This document shows positions 10,569 to 23,264 of a stretch of DNA of 64,000 nucleotides, piece by piece. The notes under the pieces are model-generated. The model made no database searches, was not told where the DNA came from, and was given only the letters and a program-made list of their open reading frames with translations. The position numbers and the translations under genes were made by a program. The stretch's first letter is position 1. Each line of letters opens with the position of its first letter. Source of the stretch: Lingula anatina (taxonomy: Eukaryota > Animalia > Brachiopoda); the NCBI GenBank assembly GCA_051362555.1, contig CM120640.1:30771967-30835966 (forward strand), read 5' to 3'.

Positions 10569-13258
10569 AACAAGGCAGCAAAGCTGTCAAATGTACAGAC
10601 AAAAACAGAAAATAAAAATGCAGATAAACAGGTCATTTTGTCAATTTAGATGCAATAATAAATAATGCTTATAATAGCACAGTCAATCAACACTGAATTT
10701 TAATCATGCACAACAGGTAACATGGTCAATAACAGGAGCAGATCCAGAGATATTTTCTGACAGTATTCCAAATTATCTTTGTTGATCCATCCTCCATTTT
10801 TGATAGTTTTCCAACAGAAAAAAATAGATACCCATCAATGTAAACTTTAAATCTGACCGTCATCTGGAAGACCCAGAAGATGATCTCAATCCGCTGCAAT
10901 AAGATTACAGTTTCAGGACAATGAGAGTTCAAATTCTTATAATGAAAATCCCAATAAGTTTCTTTCCTGTAAGTGTGAGAGGAATAAGTGACATGGTTTT
11001 CCTTTAATGGTCACTATGGAAGCAGCTACGGCAATAGGGTTTTCTTCAATTTTGATGCAATATTACACAATGCTTAACAGCATATCATGACCATCAATAA
11101 TAATAATAAAATAAAAGTATTATGGATATTCAGAAAATGTGACTAGCAAAAGTCTTCAAGCCCATGGAAGTTCAAAGTCACATCTTGAAAATCCCAAAAT
11201 GTAAACAAGAGATAACTGTACTGAAAAGAGTTTATTTCCATTTTCAACACCTTTTTTACATAAAACAAAATAATCAATTTACTGTCATTTTTATATGATC
11301 AACTGAGAACAGTGTTGTCAAAGGAAAAATATCAAGAGAACATTTGAAATGTCCAACTTGCTCCATTCTGAGATTCTGAACTTGGTGAATGATTTAATCT
11401 GACAAACTGCAATGATATGAGTTTACTTCCATTTCTGACACTTTATTACACAATACACAATAACAGGTTTACTGCCATTTTTATATAATCAATTAACAAT
11501 ATTGTTAAAAAGGAGAAAATGTCAAAAGAACACTTTTAACATATCTAATTAGTCCTATAATGAGATTGTTAACATGACTAAGAATTAAATCTGAAGAAAA
11601 ACCACTTATATACAAAAAAGGCATAACTTCATCAAAACTTAAAGCAATAATAACTCTTCCTTTGAGATTCAAAATTCCGCATGAAATACATCGTAAACAA
11701 CGCATGGAAATATATTCTATTGTATTTTACCACTAAAACGGCCGTTATTGTAGTAAAACTAAAATCTGTGCTTGTCAATAGGGCTTACGATGCTTTTCTT
11801 CCCGGTCATCAAGGCATTCGTTGCTAATGACGTAATGGTGTCACGCGGATTCTCGCGTTCATTCGAGACCAAAATAACATATGGCGGCAAACGCATTAAT
11901 GCAGACGCAGACGTAAGTTGCGAGTTTTTGTACAGTGCGTCGGATAACGAAAAGCCCAGAATGGCACACATTGTGGATATTAATGTATTTTAACAAAAAG
12001 ACGAATATATCTCATGAATCTTATATAGTGTTGTTGTTGTCTGCTTTTCCCGCGGTTTTAAGTAGGTCAACATTGACTATGCGATGTCAGAGAGAGCTCC
12101 GTCAGTTAAAATCTCTTAAGAGATTTTAACAAAAAACCGTACGTTTAGGAAAAAAACCCTGGATTAACTTTGAATGCAGGAATGGGGTCGCTGACCATTG
12201 GTAAGTACGGGAAAATTGCCGTTTACTCCAGGAAAATCCAATTTTTGGCCAAAATGAAGAGTTATTATGACTTTAACTGATCGAACTTATTTTCAAACTT
12301 GATCTGTATATTATTCAGACTAATCACTGCTGTGAGTTGCGAGACAATGGGCTGATCAATTATCCTTGAAATGTGTTATCAGTGTTGCATATATGCTGAA
12401 AAAAAAGCACAACTTTTGTAATGGTTTGATCAAGCTGATTTTCAAACTCTACCTGTATTTTAGTAAGACTGATCACTCCTGTAGGTTTCAAGACAATAGG
12501 CCTATCAGTTTTCCTTGAAATGTGTTATCAGTGTTGTACATATGCTGAAAAAAGCAAAAAAAAAAAAACAATATAACTTATTAAACAATGGCCCGATCAT
12601 GTCGATTTTCAAACTTGCCCTTCGTATTATCAATGTTAATCAGTTCTGTAAGTTTCAAGCCAAAAGGTAAAATGGTTCTCCACTTCTTGTCTTATCAGTG
12701 TTGCATGGATGCTGAAAAAAGTGAAAAATAACAGCATAACTATGGAAAAAATCATGCTGATTTTCAAACTTGACCTGCGTATTATCAATATTCATCAGTT
12801 CTGTAAATTTCAAGCCAAAAGGTAAAATGGTTTTCCACTTATATCGTGTAATCAGTGTTGCACATATGCTGAAAAAAGTAAAAGAACAATATAACTTATT
12901 AAATAATGGTCCTATCATGGTGATTTTTCGAATTTAACTTACGTATTATAAATATTCATCGGTTTAAGTTTCAAGCCCAAAGGTAAAACGGTTTTCCACT
13001 TATTGTGTTATCGGTGTTGCATATAGGCTGAAAGAATGAAAAAACTTAGATAAAAATAGCCCCATCATGCTGATTTTCAAACTTGACCTTGGTATTATGA
13101 ATATTCATCAGTTCTGTGAGTTTCAAGCTAAAAGGTAAAACAGTGTGCCACTTATCATGTTATCAGTGAAAGCGCATGGCAATGACGGTGACGGCAACAG
13201 CAACAGCAGACACAGGTGACGGTTACATGTACAGACACACCTGTGTCTGTACATAAAA
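10569..13258 (-). mobile_element. HINE-like family B, ~2.7 kb, with ~155-bp central tandem repeats (12280-13170)
   Basis: Left end aacaag, hairpin ggcagc-aaa-gctgtc, subTIR atgtacagaca; right end hairpin tgtacagacaca-cc-tgtgtctgtaca preceded by GGCAAC/GACGG micro-repeats. Confidence 0.75.
11643..12272. mobile_element. Kolobok-like TTAA MITE nested in HINE B
   Basis: TTAA|agcaataataactcttc ... gaagagttattatgact|TTAA; purine-start termini. Confidence 0.75.
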
Positions 13259-13358
13259 ATCTGAAATAAGCTGATCACTTCCCTGTTTCCAATTTAAGTG
13301 TAGTTAATTGATATCAGAAGAGTGAGAATTAATAAAAACAAATATTTCAAAATTGCAA

Positions 13359-13618
13359 CTAGAAAAGCACTCCAAGAGCGCAGACCTCTGCCATGGCAGC
13401 AATTTTTGATTACTTTTGATTGATTATTGATCCAGATCATCACCAATCTGTTCCTTGGCCCACCACACCACTAATCATCTGTTCCTTGGCCCACTTCTGA
13501 CAGTTCCTGAAAATTTCATCAAAATCAGTCCATAACTTTTTGAGTTATGTTGATGACAGACCGACAAACAGACAAACAAACAGGGGTGAAAAGATAACCT
13601 CCTTGGCGGAGGTAATAA
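13359..13618 (-). mobile_element. Short HINE-like family C element; truncated second copy at 19941-20140
   Basis: actag, hairpin gcactc-caa-gagcgc, subTIR acctctgccatgg at left; terminal aacctccttggcggaggtaataa and ACAG/ACAA micro-repeat at right. Confidence 0.75.
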
Positions 13619-13711
13619 ATTTCAAATAAAGCATCAAATGTGATGACTTGTGTTTGTTTGGTGTGTGTGTGTGTGTGTGTGTTTGTGTCAGGGCACCTTA
13701 TACAGTATATA

Positions 13712-14026
13712 TTGGTATCTGTAAATCTCATACTACGTGAGTGATCTTTTCTTATAATAAAGATGAGAATCCTAACACACACTAAAAGCCACCTTCAACT
13801 CTGCAAGGGGCACTGCCAAAACACACATCCTCAGAGGCCCAGCTCTGAATCATGTTATTTTGGTAAAGTGGAATTCAACTAGGGCATGAGCCGACCACCC
13901 ACAACACTGCAACCAGTCCACCCTCCCCCTTATCAGACCGGCAGTGCCACTACTATGCCTTGTCTACCACGATCAGAGGCGAGACGCCTCTATCATACCA
14001 ATCACGGAATGTCCTTTTCAGGCCAC

Positions 14027-14105
<79 letters not shown>

Positions 14106-14322
14106 ATCTATAAATCTCATGCTACGTAGGCGAGACACCTACCTCCTCATCAAAGGCAATCTTTTCTCATAATAAAGGCGAGAAGCCTAACACACTCTAA
14201 AAGTCGCCTTCAACTCTGCAAGGGGCACTGTCAAAACACACATCCTCAGAGGCCCAGCTCTGAATCGTGTTATTTTGGTAAAGTGGAATTCATCTACAGC
14301 ATGAGCCGACCACCCCCAACAC
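13712..14322. repeat. ~200-bp direct duplication (13712-13905 / 14102-14322) flanking a (TG)n(TA)n microsatellite
   Basis: ggtatct.taaatctcat..tacgt ... gcatgagccgaccaccc repeated; microsatellite at 14027-14101. Confidence 0.8.
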
Positions 14323-14749
14323 TTAGGTCAAAGGTCAATTTCAAGTTCAGAGTAAGGTTGCCAGTATGTGACTTCCTATACAAGTTCAATAGTAAATATG
14401 GGCCTAATTCTGCCAGTCTTGGAGATGTAAGGGACTAAAATGGGTGTATCTTTGCTAATTTTGGAATTACAGTAATGTGCCATAAAATTTGTACAGAAGA
14501 AGTTAATTGAAATGACAAAAAGATTGTTTTGCTTGAAATTCATGAAATGGTGGGTGCTGAGAAATTCCAATTTTCGAATTTCATGGAATTCTGTCATTTT
14601 TGACCCCAAGTTGTCTGTCCCTCACTAAGCCTAATGTTATCTTTTCCTGACATTCAAAATTTATGGCATATTACTGTATTTCATATTTTATTTTCACAAC
14701 ACGTTGCACTTTTTGACACAGCACAACTCGTAAACCGTATGGAAAACAA

Positions 14750-17700
14750 AACAAGGCAGCAAAGCTGTCAAATGTACAGACAAAAAACAGGAAATAACTA
14801 TGCACAAAATAGGCTACTGTCAATTCTGATGCAAAATTTTAATGATTGAACCTGACAAACTGCAATGATATGAGTTTATTTCCATTTTTGACACTTTATT
14901 ACACAATACACGATAACAAGTTTACCATCATTTTTACATAATCAACTAATAATGTTGTAAAGATGCAGGAAATGCCAAACAAACACTTTTACGTATCTTA
15001 TTAATTCAATAATGAAACTGTTAACATGCCTAAGAAATGAATCTGAGGAAATGTGAAAAAACGGCATTTCTTTGAAATAATGGCCCGATTAAACTGATTT
15101 TTGAACTCAACCTGCGTTTTAGCAGGAATGACCACTCCTGTGAGTTTCATGACAATTGGCCCATCTGTTTTTCTTATATTGTATTTACTGTGTTGCATAT
15201 ATGCTGAAAAGTGAAGAAAAAAGCATAACTACTAAAACAGTGGCCCGATCATGCCGATTTTCGAACCTGACCTGCGTTATAATAAGATCGATTACTCCTG
15301 TGAGTTTCATGACAACAGGCCTATCAGTTTTCCTTGAAATGTGTTTACAGTGTTGCATATATGCTGAAAAGTTAAAAAACAGCATAACTTCCCTTAAAAT
15401 GGCCCGATCATGCTGATTTTCGAACTTGACCTGCGTTTTATGAATATTCATCAGCTCTGTAAACATACAACCAAAAAGTAAAACTGCCTTCCACTTATCA
15501 TGTTTACAATGAAAGTGCACGGCGCCAGCGCCGGCGACAGTGACGGCGGCGACAGCAGATACAGGTGATGGCAATATGTACAGACACATCTGTACATATT
15601 TACTGTACTGTTTGAGAACAGTAAGTGACATTGTTTTTCTTAAATGGTCATCATGGGAGCAGTGCCCAAAATAGTTTTTTTTCAAATTTTGATGCAATAT
15701 TACATAATGTTTAACAGCATAATGACCATCAATTTTAATAATAAAATATTAGTATCATGGATATTCAGAAAATGTGACTAGCAAAGGTCTTCAGGCCCAT
15801 ATGGAACTTCAAAGTCACAACTTGAAAATGCCAAAATGTAAACAAAGACAGCACTGTTCTGAAATGTTTTTTTTTCCATTTTTAACAATTTTTTTAACAT
15901 AAAACAAAATTAACAGGTTATTGCCATCTTTATATGATCAACTAAGAAAATTGATGAGATGGGAAAAATATAAATACAACAGTGTTAAATGTCCAATTTC
16001 CTCCATTCTGAGATTTTAAACATAGTGAATGATTGCATCTGACAAACTGCAATGATATGAGTTTATTTCCATTTTTGAAACTTTATTACACAATACATGA
16101 TAACAAGTTTACCGTCAGTTTTACATAATCAACTAATAATGTTGTAAAGATACAGGAAATGTCAACCAAACACTTTAACATGTCTTATTAGTTAAAGGGA
16201 TAATAACTCTTCGAATGAGATCTATATTTCACAATAAAAACATTGTGAATAACTCATAGAAATATAATATATTCTGTTTTACCACAAAAACGGCAGTTAT
16301 AGCTATTATTCTGATGTCTGAGCTTGTCTTTAGACCACGTGACCTCCAGTGATGGCTATACTCTGTTAAAATCTCTTAAGAGATTTTAACAAAAAACCAA
16401 ACTTTTTAGAAAAAAACCAGGGACTAACTTTGAATGTAAAAATGGACTCATAAACCATTGGTAAGTATGGGAAAATTGTTGTTTACTCCAGGAAAATTCA
16501 TTTTTTGGCCGAAACGAAGAGTTATTATCCCTATGATCAACTAAGAAAATTGATGAGATGGGGAAAATATCAATAGAATAGTGTTAAATGTCTAATTTCC
16601 TCCATTCTGAGATTCTGAACATAGTGAATGATTAAATCTGACAAACTGCAATGATATGAGTTTATTTCCATTTTTGACACTTTATTACACAATACACGAT
16701 AACAGGTTTACCATCATTTTTACATAATCAACTAACAATGTTTTAAAGATGCAGGAAATGTCAAACAAACACTTTTACGTATCTTATTAGTTCAATAATG
16801 AGACTGTAAACATGCCTAAGAGTTGAATCTGAGGAAATGTGAAAAAACAGCATAACTTCTAAAATAATGCCCCGATTATGCTGATTTTCGAACTCAACCT
16901 GCATTTTAGTAAGATTGACCACTACTGTGAGTTTAATGACAATTGGCCAATCTATTTTTCTTATATTGTGTTTACAGTGTTGCATATATGCTGAAAAATG
17001 AAAAAACAGCATAACTACTAAAACAGTGGCCCGATCATGCTGATTTTCGAACCTGACCTGCGTTTTCATAAGACTGATTACTCTTGTGAGTTTCATGACA
17101 ACAGGCCTAACGGTTTTCCTTAAAATGTGTTTACAGGGTTGCATATATGCTGAAAAAAGTGAAAAAACAGCATAACTTCCCTTAAAATGGCCCGATCATG
17201 CTGATTTTCGAACTTGACCTGCGTTTTATGAATATTCATCAGCTCTGTAAATATTAAGCCAAAAAGTAAAACTGCCCTCCACTTAGCGTGTTTACAAGGA
17301 AAGTGCACGGCGATGGCATCGGCGACGACAGACGCAGGTGATGACAATATGTACAGACAAATCTGTGTCTGTACATAAAAATGTGACTAGCAAAGGTCTT
17401 CAGGCCCATGGAACTTCAAAGTCACATCTTGAAAATGCCAAAATGTAAACAAGACAGCAATTTTCTGAAATGGGTTTATTTCCGTTTTTAACACTTTTTT
17501 AACATAAAACAAAATAAACATTTTACTGCCATTTTTTATGACCAACTAAGAAAATTGATGAGATGAGAAAAGTATCAATAGAACAGTGTTAAATGTCCAA
17601 TTTCCTCCATTCTGAGATTCTGAACATAGTGGATGATTGAATCTGACAAACTGCAATGATATGAGTTTATTTCCATTTTTGACACTTGATTACACAATAC

Positions 17701-18428
17701 ATGATAACAAGTTTACCATCATTTTTATATAATCAACTAACAATGTTGTAAAGATGCAGGAAATGTCAAACAAACACTTTTACGTATCTTATTACTTAAA
17801 TAATAAGGCTTTTAACATGCCTAAGAATTAAATCTGAGGAAATCTGAGGAAATGTGAAAAAACAGCATAACTTCTAAAATAATGCCCCGATTATGCCGAT
17901 TTTCGAACTCAACCTGCGTTTTAGTAAGACTGACCATTCCTGTGAGTTTAATGACAATTGGGCTTTCTGTTTTTCTTATATTGTGTTTACAGTGTTGCAT
18001 ATATGCTGAACAATGAAAAAACCGCATAACTACTAAAATAGTGGCCCAATCATGCTGATTTTCGAACTTGACCTGCGTTTTAGTAAGATTGATTACTTCT
18101 GTGAGTTTCGTGACAACAAGCCTAACGGTTTTCCTTGAAATGTGTTTACAAGGTTGCATATATGCTGAAAAGTGAAAAAACAGCATAACTTCTACAATAA
18201 TGGCCCGATCATGCTGATTTTCGAACTTGACCTGCGTTTTATGCATATTCATCAGCTCTGTAAATATAAAGTTAAAAAGTGAAACTGCCTTCCACTTATC
18301 GTGTTTACAAGGAAAGTGCACGGCGCCGGCGACGGCATCGGCATCGGCATCGCCATCGGCATCGGCATCGGCGACGACAGACGCAGGTGATGGCAATATG
18401 TACAGACACATCTGTGTCTGTACATAAA
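14750..18428 (-). mobile_element. Family B element as a head-to-tail multimer with three termini (~15600, ~17380, ~18428) and 160-bp internal repeats
   Basis: Starts aacaaggcagcaaagctgtcaaatgtacagac like 10569; the terminal gcaggtgatggcaatatgtacagaca..tctgt motif occurs three times. Confidence 0.78.
16196..16532. mobile_element. Kolobok-like MITE, AGGGATAATAACTCTTCG TIR
   Basis: TTAA|agggataataactcttcg ... cgaagagttattatccct; reverse complement of 20318-20660. Confidence 0.8.
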
Positions 18429-20317
18429 AATGGGCACCACTTCAAGTGTTGGGCTTGACATGCTCCACAAAATGCAAAAGAATAAGAGGTCTCTAGCATT
18501 TACGGTTCCTGAATTAGAGAGAATTTTTAGTTTTGGCATCTTATGGCGGCTACTCCCAAGAATATGCACTGATTGACCCCAAACTCAGGAGGATGAAAAA
18601 TAACCTTAAGGTTAACACCTGCCCATCATATTATAGGCAAGGTCTGTGTAGTTTCTGAAAATCAGTAGCAATAAAAATTTTTTTGCAAAAAATTCGTTTT
18701 TTTAGAAAATTTTGGCCATATGACCTTGAAATAAAGGTCAAAGGTCAAATCCAAGGGCATATTTGAAATCTCCACATATGACTTTCGGTCAGTCATCTGT
18801 AGAATTTTTTTCCATAATTCCTTTGGTTTGGATAACTAGCATTTAATTTTGCAAATTTTGGACAAGGGTGCATTGCAGCCCCGACAAAGCCCAAAATTTA
18901 CGTGGATCGAGTTGAGATTAAATGTGACCTTAATCCAAGAGATGGGTACGCAGGCTCTTGAAGTCTAGGAGGAAAAATGGTAACGGTGACTTGGCGGCAA
19001 AGCCAGCGAAATATGAGTGTCAGGACTAAAACTATGTGTACCGCCAGCGCCTACGCTGGTACAATGAAAATCTGAGATAAGATTATCACTTCACTGTTTC
19101 CAATTTAAGTGTAGTTAATTGGCAATTGATATCAGAAAAGTGAGAAATCACAAAAACAAATATTTCAATATTGCAATAAATCATTTTATCTCAAATGAAA
19201 CATCAAATGTGATGACTTGTGCTTGTTTGTGTAGGAAGTGGCAAATTACCTATTATTGTCATCTGGAAAACAATATATATCCATTCAAGACCTCTCCTTA
19301 CTACCAATACCTGGTGCAGATTCCTCCTTACAGTGGGTTTCTGGAATCAGGCTGTTAGCACAAACCATTTGACAATGTCCTAAATCTTGCCACATATCAG
19401 GTATTGTACACATGGATGAGACAGAACTGCTCTTGATGCTGTTTTTCACTGCCTGTTTTTTCTATAGGCATTAGCCATGACCAGACAGGTAGAGTCAGTC
19501 CACCAAGAAGCCTCCATGCTTCAAGGAAAGGGTTACCTGGAAAAAGGAGACAGGGTGAAGTAGTGAAGAGATGAACATTATTTTATAAAAGACAAAGCCC
19601 TGATAGGCAACCACATCAATGTTAGAAAAAAATTAAACTATGGTGTACTGTCAAGCATTCAAAAGGGTATGGCAGAGACAAGTGGTGTGTTGAATGACCT
19701 GTCATAAGAAGTCACACTTGTGACTGCAGAGATTGATACATTTATCTATTTGCAAAGTAAAAAGTGATAATAAAATATCTATTAATGTTTCATGTGAAAT
19801 GTGCAAAAAAAAAATTAAACAACTGTTAAACTGCGATAAGCTTTTCTGTTGACCATGTGTATTTGATGTGTAATTTTAGACAGTATATTCAAGAAAACTA
19901 AAAATTATATTGAAAATACAAACAAATTCCATGGCTTAAAACTAGAAAAGCAGACCTTCGCCAAGGCAGCAAAGTCTCCACCCAATGCCGTTTCACTCCT
20001 TAATTTTCATTCCATAATGATTTAGTTTTTTGATTTTTGATTATTGATTGATTAATGATCCGGATGACCACCAAAAACTATTCATCTGTTCCTTGGCCCA
20101 CTTCTGACAGTTCCAGAAAATTTCATCAAAACCGGTCCATGACAAATCTGGTCCAATTTACGTGAAATTTTATAAATGATGCTTTAGAACAATAAAAATC
20201 TGAGATAAGCTTATCAGTTGCCTGCATCTAATGAAAAGCATTTTTTGGACAATGTATTTGAGAAAACTGAAAATTACATTGAAATGACTGGCAAATGCCA
20301 TGGCTTCTAATAGTTAA

Positions 20318-20660
20318 AGGGATAATAACTCTTCGTTTTAGCCAAAAAATGAATTTTCCTGGAGTAAACAACAATTTTCCCATACTAACCAATGGTTAAT
20401 GAATCCATTTTTACATTCAAAGTTAGTCCCTGGTTTTTTTCTAAAAAGTTTGGTTTTTTGTTAAAATCTCTTAAGAGATTATAACAGAGTACATGTATAG
20501 CTATCAATGGAGGTCACGTGGTCTGAAGACAAGCTCATATATCAGAATAATAGCTGTAACTGCCGTTTTTGTGGTAAAACAGAATATATTATATTTCTAT
20601 GAGTTGTTCACAATGTTTTTATTGTGAAATATAGATATCATATGAAGAGTTATTATCCCT
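20318..20660. mobile_element. Kolobok-like MITE with perfect TTAA TSD
   Basis: TTAA|agggataataactcttc ... gaagagttattatccct|TTAA; sister intron repeats show the empty site aatagttaaacgttaataa. Confidence 0.88.
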
Positions 20661-21210
20661 TTAAACGTTAATAATTTAGACAAATCTGGTCCAACGTTTG
20701 TGAAATTTGTATAAATGATGCTTAAGAACAATAACAAATCTGAGATAAGCTAATGACTTCACTGTTTCTAATTTATTAAGTCTAGTTAATTGGCAATTGA
20801 TATCAGAAGAGTGAGAATTAACAAAAACAAATATTTCAATATTGCAATAAATCATTTCATCTCAAATGAAACATCAAATGTGATGACTTGTGTTTGTTTG
20901 TGTAGGAAGTGGCAAATTACCTATTACTGTCATCTGGAAAACAATATATACCCATTCAAGACTTCTCCTTACTACCAATACCAGATGCAGATTCCTCCTT
21001 TCAGTGTGATCTGGAAACAGGCTGTTAACACACACCATTTGACAATGTCCTGAATCTTGCCACAGGGATTCCTGGAAAAAGGAGACGGGGTGAATTAGTG
21101 AAGAGGCAAAGTTAAACATAATTTTTTAAAAGACAGAGGCCTGACAGGCACCAGCAGCAATGTAAGAAAACTACACACTAAAGCTGACAAATATACAGGC
21201 ACCATACAGG

Positions 21211-21735
21211 AAACAAGGCAGTAAAGCTGACAAATGTTCAGATGCAGAAAAGAGTGTACCAAATAATGTTTTGGCCAATTCTGATGCACTATCACATAAT
21301 GCTTTAAAACAGCATAATCACTCCTACCCTCTTACATTATGAACTACAGGTAACATGGACACTGAAAAAAACTAGCAAGTAATTTAGTTTCATCAGCAAT
21401 AAAAGCCACTGAAAATGCTAATGTGTGAAAAATAAAATATTCAAAAAAAAAAAAAAAGGAAAAAAAAAACAGAACAATTACCATAAATGTAAATTGATCA
21501 TGCTGGTTTTTGAAAACATTCTTTGCCAAACAAACCTACACAGTAAATTTAATGTTAAACAAAAATACGGTTTGGCACTTATGGGGCAAATGTCACCAAA
21601 AATGGACAAAAAAGGAACAGCATAATTACTGTAAATGATATCTCATCGTGCCAATTTCCCAAAGCAACCTGCCTCTTTACCAAACAAAGCCACTCAAAAA
21701 ATATAATGTAAAACAAAAGATTTTTTGACAGTAAT
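21211..21735 (-). mobile_element. Degraded family B HINE fragment
   Basis: aaacaaggcagtaaagctgacaaatgttcaga start and similarity to 10569-10730. Confidence 0.5.
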
Positions 21736-21744
21736 AAAATTGTT

Positions 21745-22285
21745 TTCAACTGACAATATATTCCAGAAAAATGAAAATTACATTGAAAATACTGGCAAAT
21801 TCCATGGCTAGAAATAGTTCAAGGTTAATAATTTTGACAAATCTGCTGCAATGTTTTTGAAATTTGTAGAAATGATGCTTAAGAACAATAAAAATCTGAG
21901 ATAAGCTTATCAGGTGACTGTGTGCAATGAAAGTGATTTTTCATACAATATATACAGAAAACTGAAAATTACATTGAAAACACTGGCAAATGCCATGGCT
22001 TAAATTAGTTAAAAGTTAATAACTTTGACAAATCTGGCCCCATAATTGTGAAATTTGAAAAATGATGCTTAAGAACAATAAAAATTTGACATTAGCTGAT
22101 CAGTTGACTGTGAGTAATGAAAGTAATTTTTCGGACAATATATTCCAGAAAACTAAAAATAACATTGAAATGACTGGCAAAAAATAGTTAAACTTTTATT
22201 ATTTTGTCAAATCTAGTCCAACTTACGTGAAATTTGTACAACTTTAGCTTAAAAACTTTAATAATCTGAGATTAGCTTATCAGAT
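21745..22285. repeat. ~190-bp intronic minisatellite (also at 9390-10170, 19880-20760, 25050-26050, 28480-28930)
   Basis: aaactgaaaattacattgaaaa..ctggcaaattccatg..ttaaaatagttaaa unit at 190-193 bp spacing. Confidence 0.85.
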
Positions 22286-23264
22286 GGATCGATCTAAATC
22301 TGTGGGAACCCAGTCTAAGCCTTCAAATCCTATAGAACATTAAGGGAACACTTAATATTGTTTCTTAGTGCCCAAGAAATAAGCGAAATGCAAATTTATA
22401 ACATACAAGCCAAACTTCCCTTTCCACTATTTTTCCTCTGTCACGATGAGAAACATTTTACTTTTAAGTTCTAATCTCAAACAAGCTACTTCTATTCATC
22501 AATGTCAAAGCTTATGAATATGTAAACATTTGAGGTGGGATAGGCCAATAAAATTATATATAAAACTCATAAATAAAGTAACTACCATGTGTTTAACAAA
22601 GAGCACCTGCTATTAATATTGAACTGTGGGCTAGCTGTGGTCCATATAGCGACTAGGTTAGGTCACACAACTCTGCCTTCTGGGAACGTTTTGAAGTCAA
22701 AATGGCGACTAGCACAAATAATGATGTTCTGATATTTTAAGAATTTATATACAATTTAAAACATTCTCAACGATAGGAAATGCTTATAGGTATGTGTAAC
22801 AAACTCATAAATGATTGACCAAACTAACACTTTAATATAAAAGACAAGAAACTGACAGTCCACCTGCGTCAGTTCTGAAAATTATTAAACTATGGTGCAC
22901 TGCCAAGTGTCCCACCTTATATGGCAGACATCTGTGTTTTGGTAATTTAAATGTGATTGCTGAGACAGGCACAATTCTTGATCTAAATAAAATGATCAGA
23001 ACTCTGCCAAATCTGCTTGAATTTTTGTGAAATTTACACACAAATTGCCTAACACTTTTAAAAATCTGTAATATAATATGTCAGCTGCCTAATACTAGTT
23101 GACTTACATTTTGTGATGAGAAGTGAGAAAAAATAAAAAATTACTTATTAAAATTCTAAATTATGACAAATAATATTCACACCCCGAGAAAATGAAACAA
23201 AAAAGGTGATAATTGGTGTTTGTTTCTCAACAATACAAGATCAACTGTTAATTTTGTGTACCAC

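Larger units (their letters stand above)
14324..19063 (-). mobile_element. Second family A element (14324-14749 plus 18429-19063), split by a nested family B insertion
   Basis: Both halves are colinear with 7180-7900 and 7900-8560; the junction falls in the A-run of ggaa(t/a)acaaaaaaa(t/c)gggcacc. Confidence 0.8.

Noticed and set aside
14022-14030. CACAGTG (RSS/Transib heptamer) on the minus strand
   Set aside because: It merges into a (TG)n microsatellite; no nonamer at 12 or 23 bp and no partner TIR.
13886-14172. YIYIYI/CVCV ORFs here and at 44359 and 56833-57124
   Set aside because: Microsatellite translations.
15001-18569. ORFs of 127-196 aa with repeated KTQVKFENQHDRA
   Set aside because: Translations of the 160-bp internal repeats of HINE B; frames are not conserved between copies.
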